Shown in pieces: positions 45,001 through 60,500 of a stretch of 64,000 bases of DNA. The notes beneath the pieces are model-generated. The model made no database searches. It saw only the letters and a program-made list of their open reading frames with translations, and was not told the origin of the DNA. Each line of letters begins with the position of its first letter. Position 1 is the stretch's first letter. A program made the position numbers and the translations under genes. The stretch comes from Auanema rhodensis (Eukaryota; Animalia; Nematoda), in the NCBI GenBank assembly GCA_964057225.1, contig OZ059895.1:21080001-21144000 (forward strand), read 5' to 3'.

Positions 45001-48000
45001 GGTAACCATGACTTTGAAATTTACGTGAACTTTAATTTATGCTAATTAAGTGTACACATGATGTGCACTTGGTATGCAACTCGCTTCACGTGAAAGATGA
45101 AGAGATGCGGTTTTCAAAATTAGATTCCCCATGTCCATATTAGTCTAAAAACAAATTTTTATTAATATTGGTGCATGGTAACCATGACTTTGAAATTTAC
45201 GTGAACTTCAATTTATGCTAATTAAGTGTACACGTGATGTGCGCTTGGTATGTAACTCGCTTCACGTGAAAGATGAAGAGATGCGGTTTTCAAAATTAGA
45301 TTCCCCATTTCAATATTAGTCTAAAAACAAATTTTTATTGATATTGGTGCATGGTAACCATGACTTTGAAATTTACGTGAACTTCAATTTATGCTAATTA
45401 AGTGTACACATGATGTGCACTTGGTATGTAACTCGCTTCAAGTCAAAGATAAAGAGATGCGGTTTTCAAAATTAGATTCCCCATGTCCATATTAGTCTAA
45501 AAACAAATTTTTATTGATATTGGTGCATGGTAACCATGACTTTGAAATTTACGTGAACTTCAAATTATGCTAATTAAGTGTACACGTGATGTGCGCTTGG
45601 TATGTAACTCGCTTCACGTGAAAGATGAAGAGATGCGGTTTTCAAAATTAGATTCCTCATGTCCATATTAGTCTAAAAACAAATTTTTATTGATATTGGT
45701 GCATGGCAACCATGACTTTAAAATTTACGTGAACTTTAATTTATGCTAATTAAGTGTACACATGATGTGCACTTGGTATGTAATTCGCTTCAAGTCAAAG
45801 ATAAAGAGATGCGGTTTTCAAAATTAGATTCCCTATGTCCATATTAGTCTAAAAACAAATTTTTATTAATATTGGTGAATGGTAACCATGACTTTGAAAT
45901 TTACGTGAACTTTAATTTATGCTAATTAAGTGTACACATGATGTGCACTTGGTATGTAACTCGCTTCACGTGAAAGATGAAGAGATGCGGTTTTCAAAAT
46001 TAGATTCCTCATGTCCATATTAGTCTAAAAACACATTTTTGTTGATATAGGTGGATGGTAACCATGACTTTGAAATTTACGTGAACTTCAATTTATGCTA
46101 ATTAAGTGTACACATGATGTGCACTTGGTATGTAATTCGCTTCAAGTCAAAGATAAAGAGATGCGGTTTTCAAAATTAGATTCCCTATGTCCATATTAGT
46201 CTAAAAACAAATTTTTATTAATATTGGTGAATGGTAACCATGACTTTGAAATTTACGTGAACTTTAATTCATGCTAATTAAGTGTACACATGATGTGCAC
46301 TTGGTATGTAACTCGCTTCACGTGAAAGATAAAGAGATGCGGTTTTCAAAATAGATTCCCCATTTCCATATTAGTCTAAAAACAAATTTTTATTGATATT
46401 GCTGCATGGCAACCATGACTTTAAAATTTACGTGAACTTTAATTTATGCTAATTAAGTGTACACATGATGTGCACTTGGTATGTAACTCGCTTTACGTCA
46501 AAGATAAAGAGATGCGGTTTTCAAAATTAGATTCCCCATGTCCATATTAGTCTAAAAACAAATTTTTATTAATATTGGTGCATGGTAACCATGACTTTGA
46601 AATTTACGTGATCTTTAATTTATGCTAATTAAGTGTACACATGATGTGCACTTGGTATGTAACTCGCTTTACGTCAAAGATAAAGAGATACGGTTTTTAA
46701 AATTAGATTCCCCATTTCCATGTTAGTCTAAAAACAAATTTTTATTGATATTGGTGCATGGCAACCATGACTTTAAAATTTACGTGAACTTAAATTTATG
46801 CTAATTAAGTGTACACATGTTGTGCACTTGGTATGTAACTCGCTTCACGTCAAAGATAAAGAGATGCGGTTTTCAAAATTAGATTCCCCATGTCCATATT
46901 AGTCTAAAAACAAAGTTTTATTAATATTGGTGCATGGTAACCATGACTTTGAAATTTACGTGAACTTTAATTTATGCTAATTAAGTGTACACATGATGTG
47001 CACTTGGTATGTAACTCGCTTCACGTCAAAGATAAAGAGATGCGGTTTTCAAAATTAGATTCCCCATGTCCATATTAGTCTAAAAACAAATTTTTATTAA
47101 TATTGGTGCATGGTAACCATGACTTTGAAATTTACGTGAACTTTAATTTATGCTAATTAAGTGTGCACATGATGTGCACTTGGTATGTAACTCGCTTCAC
47201 GTGAAAGATGAAGAGATGCGGTTTTCAAAATTAAATTCCTCATGTCCATATTAGTCTAAAAACGAATTTTTATTGATATTGGTGCATGGTAACCATGACT
47301 TTGAAATTTACGTGAACTTTAATTTATGCTAATTAAGTGTACACATGATGTGCACTTGGTATGTAACTCGCTTCATGTGAAAGATGAAGAGATGCGGTTT
47401 TCAAAATTAGATTCCTCATGTCCATATTAGTCTAAAAACGAATTTTTATTAATATTGGTGCATGGTAACCATGACTTTGAAATTTACGTGAACTTTAATT
47501 TATGCTAATTAAGTGTACACATGATGTGCACTTGGTATGCAACTCGCTTCACGTGAAAGATGAAGAGATGCGGTTTTCAAAATTAGATTCCCCATGTCCA
47601 TATTAGTCTAAAAACAAATTTTTATTAATATTGGTGCATGGTAACCATGACTTTGAAATTTACGTGTACTTCAATTTATGCTAATTAAGTGTACACGTGA
47701 TGTGCGCTTGGTATGTAACTCGCTTCACGTGAAAGATGAAGAGATGCGGTTTTCAAAATTAGATTCCCCATGTCCATATTAGTCTAAAAACAAATTTTTA
47801 TTAATATTGGTGCATGGTAACCATGACTTTGAAATTTACGTGAACTTCAATTTATGCTAATTAAGTGTACACGTGATGTGCGCTTGGTATGTAACTCGCT
47901 TCACGTGAAAGATGAAGAGATGCGGTTTTCAAAATTAGATTTCCCATTTCCATATTAGTCTAAAAACAAATTTTTATTGATATTGGTGCATGGTAACCAT

Positions 48001-48570
48001 GACTTTGAAATTTACGTGAACTTCAATTTATGCTAATTAAGTGTACACATGATGTGCACTTGGTATGTAACTCGCTTCAAGTCAAAGATAAAGAGATGCG
48101 GTTTTCAAAATTAGATTCCCTATGTCCATATTAGTCTAAAAACAAATTTTTATTAATATTGGTGCATGGTAACCATGACTTTGAAATTTACGTGAACTTT
48201 AATTTATGCTAATTAAGTGTACACGTGATGTGCACTTGGTATGTAACTCGCTTCACGTGAAAGATAAAGAGATGCGGTTTTCAAAATTAGATTCCCCATT
48301 TCCAAATTAGTCTAAAAACAAATTTTTATTGATATTGGTGCATGGTAACCATGACTTTGAAATTTACGTGAACTTTAATTTATGCTAATTAAGTGTACAC
48401 ATGATGTGCATTTGGTATGCAACTCGCTTCACGTGAAAGATGAAGAGATGCGGTTTTCAAAATTAGATTCCCCATGTCCATATTAGTCTAAAAACAAATT
48501 TTTATTAATATTGGTGCATGGTAACCATGACTTTGAAATTTACGTGAACTTTAATTTATGCTAATTAAGT
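42051..48570 (+). repeat. Long-range copy of 17948-24467 of the 31-mer HOR (offset 24,103)
   Basis: TTAGACT 20689/44792, GATACGG 22585/46688, CAAAGTTTT 22812/46915, TTAAATTCCTC 23131/47234 and GTGCATTTGG 24308/48411. Confidence 0.88.
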
Positions 48571-51500
48571 GTACACGTGATGTGCACTTGGTATGTAACT
48601 CGCTTCACGTGAAAGATAAAGAGATGCGGTTTTCAAAATTAGATTCCCCATTTCCAAATTAGTCTAAAAACAAATTTTTATTGATATTGGTGCATGGTAA
48701 CCATGACTTTGAAATTTACGTGAACTTTAATTTATGCTAATTAAGTGTACACGTGATGTGCACTTGGTATGTAACTCGCTTCACGTGAAAGATAAAGAGA
48801 TGCGGTTTTCAAAATTAGATTCCCCATTTCCAAATTAGTCTAAAAACAAATTTTTATTGATATTGGTGCATGGTAACCATGACTTTGAAATTTACGTGAA
48901 CTTTAATTTATGCTAATTAAGTGTACACATGATGTGCATTTGGTATGCAACTCGCTTCACGTGAAAGATGAAGAGATGCGGTTTTCAAAATTAGATTCCC
49001 CATGTCCATATTAGTCTAAAAACAAATTTTTATTAATATTGGTGCATGGTAACCATGACTTTGAAATTTACGTGAACTTTAATTTATGCTAATTAAGTGT
49101 ACACATGATGTGCACTTGGTATGTAACTCGCTTCACGTCAAAGATAAAGAGATGCGGTTTTCAAAATTAGATTCCACATGTCCATATTAGTCTAAAAACG
49201 AATTTTTATTGATATTGGTGCATGGTAACCATGACTTTGAAATTTACGTGAACTTTAATTTATGCTAATTAAGTGTACACATGATGTGCACTTGGTATGT
49301 AACTCGCTTCACGTGAAAGATAAAGGGATGCGGTTTTCAAAATTAGATTACCCATGTCCATATTAGTCTAAAAACAAATTTTTATTGATATTGGTGCATG
49401 GTAACCATGACTTTGAAATTTACGTGAACTTTAATTTATGCTTATTAAGTGTACACGTGATGTGCACTTGGTATGTAACTCGCTTCACGTGAAAGATAAA
49501 GGGATGCGGTTTTCAAAATTAGATTCCCCATGTCCATATTAGTCTAAAAACAAATTTTTATTGATATTGGTGCATGGTAACCATGACTTTGAAATTTACG
49601 TGAACTTCAAATTATGCTAATTAAGTGTACACGTGATGTGCGCTTGGTATGTAACTCGCTTCACGTGAAAGATGAAGAGATGCGGTTTTCAAAATAGATT
49701 CCCCATTTCCATATTAGTCTAAAAACAAATTTTTATTGATATTGGTGCATGGTAACCATGACTTTGAAATTTACGTGAACTTCAATTTATGCTAATTAAG
49801 TGTACACATGATGTGCACTTGGTATGTAACTCGCTTCAAGTCAAAGATAAAGAGATGCGGTTTTCAAAATTAGATTCCCTATGTCCATATTAGTCTAAAA
49901 ACAAATTTTTATTAATATTGGTGCATGGTAACCATGACTTTGAAATTTACGTGAACTTCAATTTATGCTAATTAAGTGTACACGTGATGTGCGCTTGGTA
50001 TGTAACTCGCTTCACGTGAAAGATGAAGAGATGCGGTTTTCAAAATTAGATTCCCCATTTCCATATTAGCCTAAAAACAAATTTTTATTGATATTGGTGC
50101 ATGGTAACCATGACTTTGAAATTTACGTGAACTTCAATTTATGCTAATTAAGTGTACACATGATGTGCACTTGGTATGTAACTCGCTTCAAGTCAAAGAT
50201 AAAGAGATGCGGTTTTCAAAATTAGATTCCCTATGTCCATATTAGTCTAAAAACAAATTTTTATTAATATTGGTGCATGGTAACCATGACTTTGAAATTT
50301 ACGTGAACTTTAATTTATGCTTATTAAGTGTACACGTGATGTGCACTTGGTATGTAACTCGCTTCACGTGAAAGATAAAGAGATGCGGTTTTCAAAATTA
50401 GATTCCCCATTTCCAAATTAGTCTAAAAACAAATTTTTATTAATATTGGTGCATGGTAACCATGACTTTGAAATTTACGTGAACTTTAATTTATGCTAAT
50501 TAAGTGTACACATGATGTGCACTTGGTATGTAACTCGCTTCACGTGAAAGATGAAGAGATGCGGTTTTCAAAATTAGATTCCTCATGTCCATATTAGTCT
50601 AAAAACGAATTTTTATTGATATTGGTGCATGGTAACCATGACTTTGAAATTTACGTGAACTTTAATTTATGCTAATTAAGTGTACACATGATGTGCACTT
50701 GGTATGTAACTCGCTTCATGTGAAAGATGAAGAGATGCGGTTTTCAAAATTAGATTCCCCATGTCCATATTAGTCTAAAAACAAATTTTTATTGATATTG
50801 GTGCATGGTAACCATGACTTTGAAATTTACGTGAACTTTAATTTATGCTAATTAAGTGTACACATGATGTGCACTTGGTATGCAACTCGCTTCACGTGAA
50901 AGATGAAGAGATGCGGTTTTCAAAATTAGATTCCCCATGTCCATATTAGTCTAAAAACAAATTTTTATTAATATTGGTGCATGGTAACCATGACTTTGAA
51001 ATTTACGTGAACTTCAATTTATGCTAATTAAGTGTACACGTGATGTGCGCTTGGTATGTAACTCGCTTCACGTGAAAGATGAAGAGATGCGGTTTTCAAA
51101 ATTAGATTCCCCATTTCAATATTAGTCTAAAAACAAATTTTTATTGATATTGGTGCATGGTAACCATGACTTTGAAATTTACGTGAACTTCAATTTATGC
51201 TAATTAAGTGTACACATGATGTGCACTTGGTATGTAACTCGCTTCAAGTCAAAGATAAAGAGATGCGGTTTTCAAAATTAGATTCCCTATGTCCATATTA
51301 GTCTAAAAACAAATTTTTATTAATATTGGTGCATGGTAACCATGACTTTGAAATTTACGTGAACTTTAATTTATGCTAATTAAGTGTACACGTGATGTGC
51401 ACTTGGTATGTAACTCGCTTCACGTGAAAGATAAAGAGATGCGGTTTTCAAAATTAGATTCCCCATTTCCAAATTAGTCTAAAAACAAATTTTTATTGAT

Positions 51501-54500
51501 ATTGGTGCATGGTAACCATGACTTTGAAATTTACGTGAACTTTAATTTATGCTAATTAAGTGTACACATGATGTGCACTTGGTATGCAACTCGCTTCACG
51601 TGAAAGATGAAGAGATGCGGTTTTCAAAATTAGATTCCCCATGTCCATATTAGTCTAAAAACAAATTTTTATTAATATTGGTGCATGGTAACCATGACTT
51701 TGAAATTTACGTGAACTTTAATTTATGCTAATTAAGTGTACACATGATGTGCACTTGGTATGTAACTCGCTTCAGGTGAAAGATGAAGAGATGCGGTTTT
51801 CAAAATTAGATTCCTCATGTCCATATTAGTCTAAAAACGAATTTTTATTGATATTGGTGCATGGTAACCATGACTTTGAAATTTACGTGAACTTTAATTT
51901 ATGCTAATTATGTGTACACGTGATGTGCACTTGGTATGTAACTCGCTTCATGTGAAAGATGAAGAGATGCGGTTTTCAAAATTAGATTCCTCATGTCCAT
52001 ATTAGTCTAAAAACAAATTTTTATTAATATTGGTGCATGGTAACCATGACTTTGAAATTTACGTGAACTTTAATTTATGCTTATTAAGTGTACACGTGAT
52101 GTGCACTTGGTATGTAACTCGCTTCACGTGAAAGATAAAGGGATGCGGTTTTTAAAATTAGATTCCCCATGTCCATATTAGTCTAAAAACAAATTTTTAT
52201 TGATATTGGTGCATGGTAACCATGACTTTGAAATTTACGTGAACTTTAATTTATGCTAATTAAGTGTACACATGATGTGCACTTGGTGTGCAACTCGCTT
52301 CACGTGAAAGATGAAGAGATGCGGTTTTCAAAATTAGATTCCCCATGTCCATATTAGTCTAAAAACAAATTTTTATTAATATTGGTGCATGGTAACCATG
52401 ACTTTGAAATTTACGTGAACTTCAATTTATGCTAATTAAGTGTACACGTGATGTGCGCTTGGTATGTAACTCGCTTCACGTGAAAGATGAAGAGATGCGG
52501 TTTTCAAAATTAAATTCCCCATTTCCATATTAGTCTAAAAACAAATTTTTATTGATATTGGTGCATGGTAACCATGACTTTGAAATTTAAGTGAACTTCA
52601 ATTTATGCTAATTAAGTGTACACATGATGTGCACTTGGTATGTAACTCGCTTCAAGTCAAAGATAATGAGATGCGGTTTTCAAAATTAGATTCCCTATGT
52701 CCATATTAGTCTAAAAACAAATTTTTATTAATATTGGTGCATGGTAACCATGACTTTGAAATTTACGTGAACTTTAATTTATGCTAATTAAGTGTACACG
52801 TGATGTGCACTTGGTATGTAACTCGCTTCACGTGAAAGATAAAGAGATGCGGTTTTCAAAATTAGATTCCCCATTTCCAAATTAGTCTAAAAACAAATTT
52901 TTATTGATATTGGTGCATGGTAACCATGACTTTGAAATTTACGTGAACTTTAATTTATGCTAATTAAGTGTACACATGATGTGCACTTGGTATGTAACTC
53001 GCTTCATGTGAAAGATGAAGAGATGCGGTTTTCAAAATTAGAGTCCTCATGTCCATATTAGTCTAAAAACAAATTTTTATTAATATTGGTGCATGGTAAC
53101 CATGACTTTGATATTTACGTGAACTTTAATTTATGCTTATTAAGTGTACACGTGATGTGCACTTGGTATGTAACTCGCTTCACGTGAAAGATAAAGGGAT
53201 GCGGTTTTCAAAATTAGATTCCTTATGTCCATATTAGTCTAAAAACGAATTTTTATTGATATTGGTGCATGGTAACCATGACTTTGAAATTTACGTGAAC
53301 TTTAATTTATGCTAATTAAGTGTACACATGATGTGCACTTGGTATGTAACTCGCTTCATGTGAAAGATGAAGAGATGCGGTTTTCAAAATTAGATTCCTC
53401 ATGTCCATATTAGTCTAAAAACAAATTTTTATTAATATTGGTGCATGGTAACCATGACTTTGATATTTACGTGAACTTTAATTTATGCTTATTAAGTGTA
53501 CACGTGATGTGCACTTGGTATGTAACTCGCTTCACGTGAAAGATAAAGGGATGCGGTTTTCAAAATTAGATTCCCCATGTCCATATTAGTCTAAAAACAA
53601 ATTTTTATTGATATTGGTGCATGGTAACCATGACTTTGAAATTTACGTGAACTTTAATTCATGCTAATTAAGTGTACACATGATGTGCACTTGGTATGTA
53701 ACTCGCTTCACGTGAAAGATGAAGAGATGCGGTTTTCAAAATTAGATTCCCCATGTCCATATTAGTCTAAAAACAAATTTTTATTGATATTGGTGCATGG
53801 TAACCATGACTTTGAAATTTACGTGAACTTTAATTTATGCTAATTGAGTGTACACATGATGTGCACTTGGTATGTAACTCGCTTAACGTGAAAGATGAAG
53901 AGATGCGGTTTTCAAAATTAGATTCCTCATGTCCATATTAGTCTAAAAACGAATTTTTATTGATATTGGTGCATGGTAACCATGACTTTGAAATTTACGT
54001 GAACTTTAATTTATGCTTATTAAGTGTACACGTGATGTGCACTTGGTATGTAACTCGCTTCACGTGAAAGATGAAGAGATGCGCTTTTCGAAATTAGATT
54101 CCCCATGTCCATATTAGTCTAAAAACACATTTTTGTTGATATTGGTGGATGGTAACCATGACTTTGAAATTTACGTGAACTTCAATTTATGCTAATTAAG
54201 TGTACACATGATGTGCACTTGGTATGTAACTCGCTTCAAGTCAAAGATAATGAGATGCGGTTTTCAAAATTAGATTCCTCATGTCCATATTAGTCTAAAA
54301 ACAAATTTTTATTAATATTGGTGCATGGTAACCATGACTTTGATATTTACGTGAACTTTAATTTATGCTTATTAAGTGTACACATGTTGTGCACTTGGTA
54401 TGTAACTCGCTTCACGTCAAAGATAAAGAGATGCGGTTTTCAAAATTAGATTCCCCATGTCCATATTAGTCTAAAAACAAATTTTTATTAATATTGGTGC

Positions 54501-57500
54501 ATGGTAACCATGACTTTGAAATTTACGTGAACTTTAATTTATGCTAATTAAGTGTACACATGATGTGCACTTGGTATGTAACTCGCTTCACGTCAAAGAT
54601 AAAGAGATGCGGTTTTCAAAATTAGATTCCCCATGTCCATATTAGTCTAAAAACAAATTTTTATTAATATTGGTGCATGGTAACCATGACTTTGAAATTT
54701 ACGTGAACTTTAATTTATGCTAATTAAGTGTACACATGATGTGCACTTGGTATGTAACTCGCTTAACGTGAAAGATGAAGAGATGCGGTTTTCAAAATTA
54801 GATTCCTCATGTCCATATTAGTCTAAAAACGAATTTTTATTGATATTGGTGCATGGTAACCATGACTTTGAAATTTACGTGAACTTTAATTTATGCTAAT
54901 TAAGTGTACACATGATGTGCACTTGGTATGTAACTCGCTTCATGTGAAAGATGAAGAGATGCGGTTTTCAAAATTAGATTCCTCATGTCCATATTAGTCT
55001 AAAAACAAATTTTTATTAATATTGGTGCATGGTAACCATGACTTTGAAATTTACGTGAACTTTAATTTATGCTTATTAAGTGTACACGTGATGTGCACTT
55101 GGTATGTAACTCGCTTCACGTGAAAGATAAAGGGGTGCGGTTTTCAAAATTAGATTCCCCATGTCCATATTAGTCTAAAAACAAATTTTTATTGATATTG
55201 GTGCATGGTAACCATGACTTTGAAATTTACGTGAACTTTAATTTATGCTAATTAAGTGTACACATGATGTGCACTCGGTATGTAACTCGCTTCACGTCAA
55301 AGATAAAGAGATGCGGTTTTCAAAATTAGATTCCCCATTTCCATGTTAGTCTAAAAACAAATTTTTATTGATATTGGTGCATGGTAACCATGACTTTGAA
55401 ATTTACGTGAACTTCAATTTATGCTAATTAAGTGTACACGTGATGTGCACTTGGTATGTAACTCGCTTCACGTGAAAGATGAAGAGATGCGGTTTTCAAA
55501 ATTAGATTCCCCATGTCCATATTAGTCTAAAAACACATTTTTGTTGATATTGGTGGATGGTAACCATGACTTTGAAATTTACGTGAACTTCAATTTATGC
55601 TAATTAAGTGTACACATGATGTGCACTTGGTATGTAACTCGCTTCAAGTCAAAGATAAAGAGATGCGGTTTTCAAAATTAGATTCCCTATGTCCATATTA
55701 GTCTGAAAACAAATTTTTATTAATATTGGTGCATGGTAACCATGACTTTGAAATTTACGTGAACTTTAATTTATGCTAATTAAGTGTACACATGATGTGC
55801 ACTTGGTATGTAACTCGCTTCACGTGAAAGATAAAGAGATGAGGTTTTCAAAATAGATTCCCCATTTCCATATTAGTCTAAAAACAAATTTTTATTGATC
55901 TTGGTGCATGGCAACCATGACTTTAAAATTTACGTGAACTTTAATTTATGCTAATTAAGTGTACACATGATGTGCACTTGGTATGTAACTCGCTTTACGT
56001 CAAAGATAAAGAGATGCGGTTTTCAAAATTAGATTCCCCATGTCCATATTAGTCTAAAAACAAATTTTTATTAATATTGGTGCATGGTAACCATGACTTT
56101 GAAATTTACGTGAACTTTAATTTATGCTAATTAAGTGTACACATGATGTGCGCTTGGTATGTAACTCGCTTCACGTGAAAGATAAAGAGATGCGGTTTTC
56201 AAAATTAGATTCCCCATTTCCATATTAGTCTAAAAACAAATTTTTATTGATATTGGTGCATGGCAACCATGACTTTAAAATTTACGTGAACTTTAATTTA
56301 TGCTAATTAAGTGTACACATGATGTGCACTTGGTATGTAACTCGCTTCACGTGAAAGATGAAGAGATGCGGTTTTCAAAATTAGATTCCCCATGTCCATA
56401 TTAGTCTAAAAACACATTTTTGTTGATATTGGTGGATGGTAACCATGACTTTGAAATTTACGTGAACTTCAATTTATGCTAATTAAGTGTACACATGATG
56501 TGCACTTGGTATGTAACTCGCTTCAAGTCAAAGATAAAGAGATGCGGTTTTCAAAATTAGATTCCCTATGTCCATATTAGTCTGAAAACAAATTTTTATT
56601 AATATTGGTGCATGGTAACCATGACTTTGAAATTTACGTGAACTTTAATTTATGCTAATTAAGTGTACACATGATGTGCACTTGGTATGTAACTCGCTTC
56701 ACGTGAAAGATAAAGAGATGCGGTTTTCAAAATAGATTCCCCATTTCCATATTAGTCTAAAAACAAATTTTTATTGATCTTGGTGCATGGCAACCATGAC
56801 TTTAAAATTTACGTGAACTTTAATTTATGCTAATTAAGTGTACACATGATGTGCACTTGGTATGTAACTCGCTTTACGTCAAAGATAAAGAGATGCGGTT
56901 TTCAAAATTAGATTCCCCATGTCCATATTAGTCTAAAAACAAATTTTTATTAATATTGGTGCATGGTAACCATGACTTTGAAATTTACGTGAACTTTAAT
57001 TTATGCTAATTAAGTGTACACATGATGTGCGCTTGGTATGTAACTCACTTCACGTGAAAGATAAAGAGATGCGGTTTTCAAAATTAGATTCCCCATTTCC
57101 ATATTAGTCTAAAAACAAATTTTTATTGATATTGGTGCATGGCAACCATGACTTTAAAATTTACGTGAACTTTAATTTATGCTAATTAAGTGTACACATG
57201 ATGTGCACTTGGTATGTAACTCGCTTCACGTCAAAGATAAAGAGATGCGGTTTTCAAAATTAGATTCCCCATGTCCATATTAGTCTAAAAACAAATTTTT
57301 ATTAATATTGGTGCATGGTAACCATGACTTTGAAATTTACGTGAACTTTAATTTATGCTAATTAAGTGTACACATGATGTGCACTTGGTATGTAACTCGC
57401 TTCACGTGAAAGATGAAGAGATGCGGTTTTCAAAATTAGATTCCTCATGTCCATATTAGTCTAAAAACGAATTTTTATTGATATTGATGCATGGTAACCA

Positions 57501-60500
57501 TGACTTTGAAATTTACGTGAACTTTAATTTATGCTTATTAAGTGTACACGTGATGTGCACTTGGTATGTAACTCGCTTCACGTGAAAGATGAAGAGATGC
57601 GGTTTTCAAAATTAGATTCCCCATGTCCATATTAGTCTAAAAACACATTTTTGTTGATATTGGTGGATGGTAACCATGACTTTGAAATTTACGTGAACTT
57701 CAATTTATGCTAATTAAGTGTACACATGATGTGCGCTTGGTATGTAACTCGCTTCAAGTCAAAGATAAAGAGATGCGGTTTTCAAAATTAGATTCCCCAT
57801 TTCCATATTAGTCTAAAAACAAATTTTTATTGATATTGGTGCATGGCAACCATGACTTTAAAATTTACGTGAACTTTAATTTATGCTAATTAAGTGTACA
57901 CATGATGTGCACTTGGTATGTAACTCGCTTCACGTCAAAGATAAAGAGATGCGGTTTTCAAAATTGGATTCCCCATGTCCATATTAGTCTAAAAACAAAT
58001 TTTTATTAATATTGGTGCATGGTAACCATGACTTTGAAATTTACGTGAACTTTAATTTATGCTAATTAAGTGTACACATGATGTGCACTTGGTATGTAAC
58101 TCGCTTCACGTGAAAGATGAAGAGATGCGGTTTTCAAAATTAGATTCCTCATGTCCATATTAGTCTAAAAACGAATTTTTATTGATATTGATGCATGGTA
58201 ACCATGACTTTGAAATTTACGTGAACTTTAATTTATGCTTATTAAGTGTACACGTGATGTGCACTTGGTATGTAACTCGCTTCACGTGAAAGATGAAGAG
58301 ATGCGGTTTTCAAAATTAGATTCCCCATGTCCATATTAGTCTAAAAACACATTTTTGTTGATATTGGTGGATGGTAACCATGACTTTGAAATTTACGTGA
58401 ACTTCAATTTATGCTAATTAAGTGTACACATGATGTGCACTTGGTATGTAACTCGCTTCAAGTCAAAGATAAAGAGATGCGGTTTTCAAAATTAGATTCC
58501 CTATGTCCATATTAGTCTGAAAACAAATTTTTATTAATATTGGTGCATGGTAACCATGACTTTGAAATTTACGTGAACTTTAATTTATGCTAATTAAGTG
58601 TACACATGATGTGCACTTGGTATGTAACTCGCTTCACGTGAAAGATAAAGAGATGCGGTTTTCAAAATAGATTCCCCATTTCCATATTAGTCTAAAAACA
58701 AATTTTTATTGATCTTGGTGCATGGCAACCATGACTTTAAAATTTACGTGAACTTTAATTTATGCTAATTAAGTGTACACATGATGTGCACTTGGTATGT
58801 AACTCGCTTTACGTCAAAGATAAAGAGATGCGGTTTTCAAAATTAGATTCCCCATGTCCATATTAGTCTAAAAACAAATTTTTATTAATATTGGTGCATG
58901 GTAACCATGACTTTGAAATTTACGTGAACTTTAATTTATGCTAATTAAGTGTACACATGATGTGCGCTTGGTATGTAACTCACTTCACGTGAAAGATAAA
59001 GAGATGCGGTTTTCAAAATTAGATTCCCCATTTCCATATTAGTCTAAAAACAAATTTTTATTGATATTGGTGCATGGCAACCATGACTTTAAAATTTACG
59101 TGAACTTTAATTTATGCTAATTAAGTGTACACATGATGTGCACTTGGTATGTAACTCGCTTCACGTGAAAGATGAAGAGATGCGGTTTTCAAAATTAGAT
59201 TCCTCATGTCCATATTAGTCTAAAAACGAATTTTTATTGATATTGATGCATGGTAACCATGACTTTGAAATTTACGTGAACTTTAATTTATGCTAATTAA
59301 GTGTACACATGATGTGCACTTGGTATGTAACTCGCTTCACGTGAAAGATGAAGAGATGCGGTTTTCAAAATTAGATTCCTCATGTCCATATTAGTCTAAA
59401 AACGAATTTTTATTGATATTGATGCATGGTAACCATGACTTTGAAATTTACGTGAACTTTAATTTATGCTTATTAAGTGTACACGTGATGTGCACTTGGT
59501 ATGTAACTCGCTTCACGTGAAAGATAAAGAGATGCGGTTTTCAAAATTAGATTCCCCTTGTCCATATTAGTCTAAAAACAAATTGTTATTGATATTGGTG
59601 CATGGTAACCATGACTTTAAAATTTACGTGAACTTTAATTTATGCTAATTAAGTGTACACATGATGTGCACTTGGTATGTAACTCGCTTCAAGTCAAAGA
59701 TAAAGAGATGCGGTTTCAAAATTAGATTCCTCATGTCCATATTAGTCTAAAAACGAATTTTCATTGATATTGATGCATGGTAACCATGACTTTGAAATTT
59801 ACGTGAACTTTAATTTATGCTAATTAAGTGTACACATGATGTGCACTTGGTATGTAACTCGCTTCACGTGAAAGATAAAGAGATGCGGTTTTCAAAATTA
59901 GATTCCCCATGTCCATATTAGTCTAAAAACAAATTTTTATTAATATTGGTGCATGGTAACCATGACTTTGAAATTTACGTGAACTTTAATTTATGCTATT
60001 TAAGTGTACACATGATGTGCACTTGGTATGTAACTCGCTTCACGTGAAAGATGAAGAGATGCGGTTTTCAAAATTAGATTCCTCATGTCCATATTAGTCT
60101 AAAAACGAATTTTTATTGATATTGATGCATGGTAACCATGACTTTGAAATTTACGTGAACTTTAATTTATGCTAATTAAGTGTACACATGATGTGCACTT
60201 GGTATGTAACTCGCTTCACGTGAAAGATGAAGAGATGCGGTTTTCAAAATTAGATTCCTCATGTCCATATTAGTCTAAAAACGAATTTTTATTGATATTG
60301 ATGCATGGTAACCATGACTTTGAAATTTACGTGAACTTTAATTTATGCTTATTAAGTGTACACGTGATGTGCACTTGGTATGTAACTCGCTTCACGTGAA
60401 AGATAAAGAGATGCGGTTTTCAAAATTAGATTCCCCTTGTCCATATTAGTCTAAAAACAAATTGTTATTGATATTGGTGCATGGTAACCATGACTTTAAA

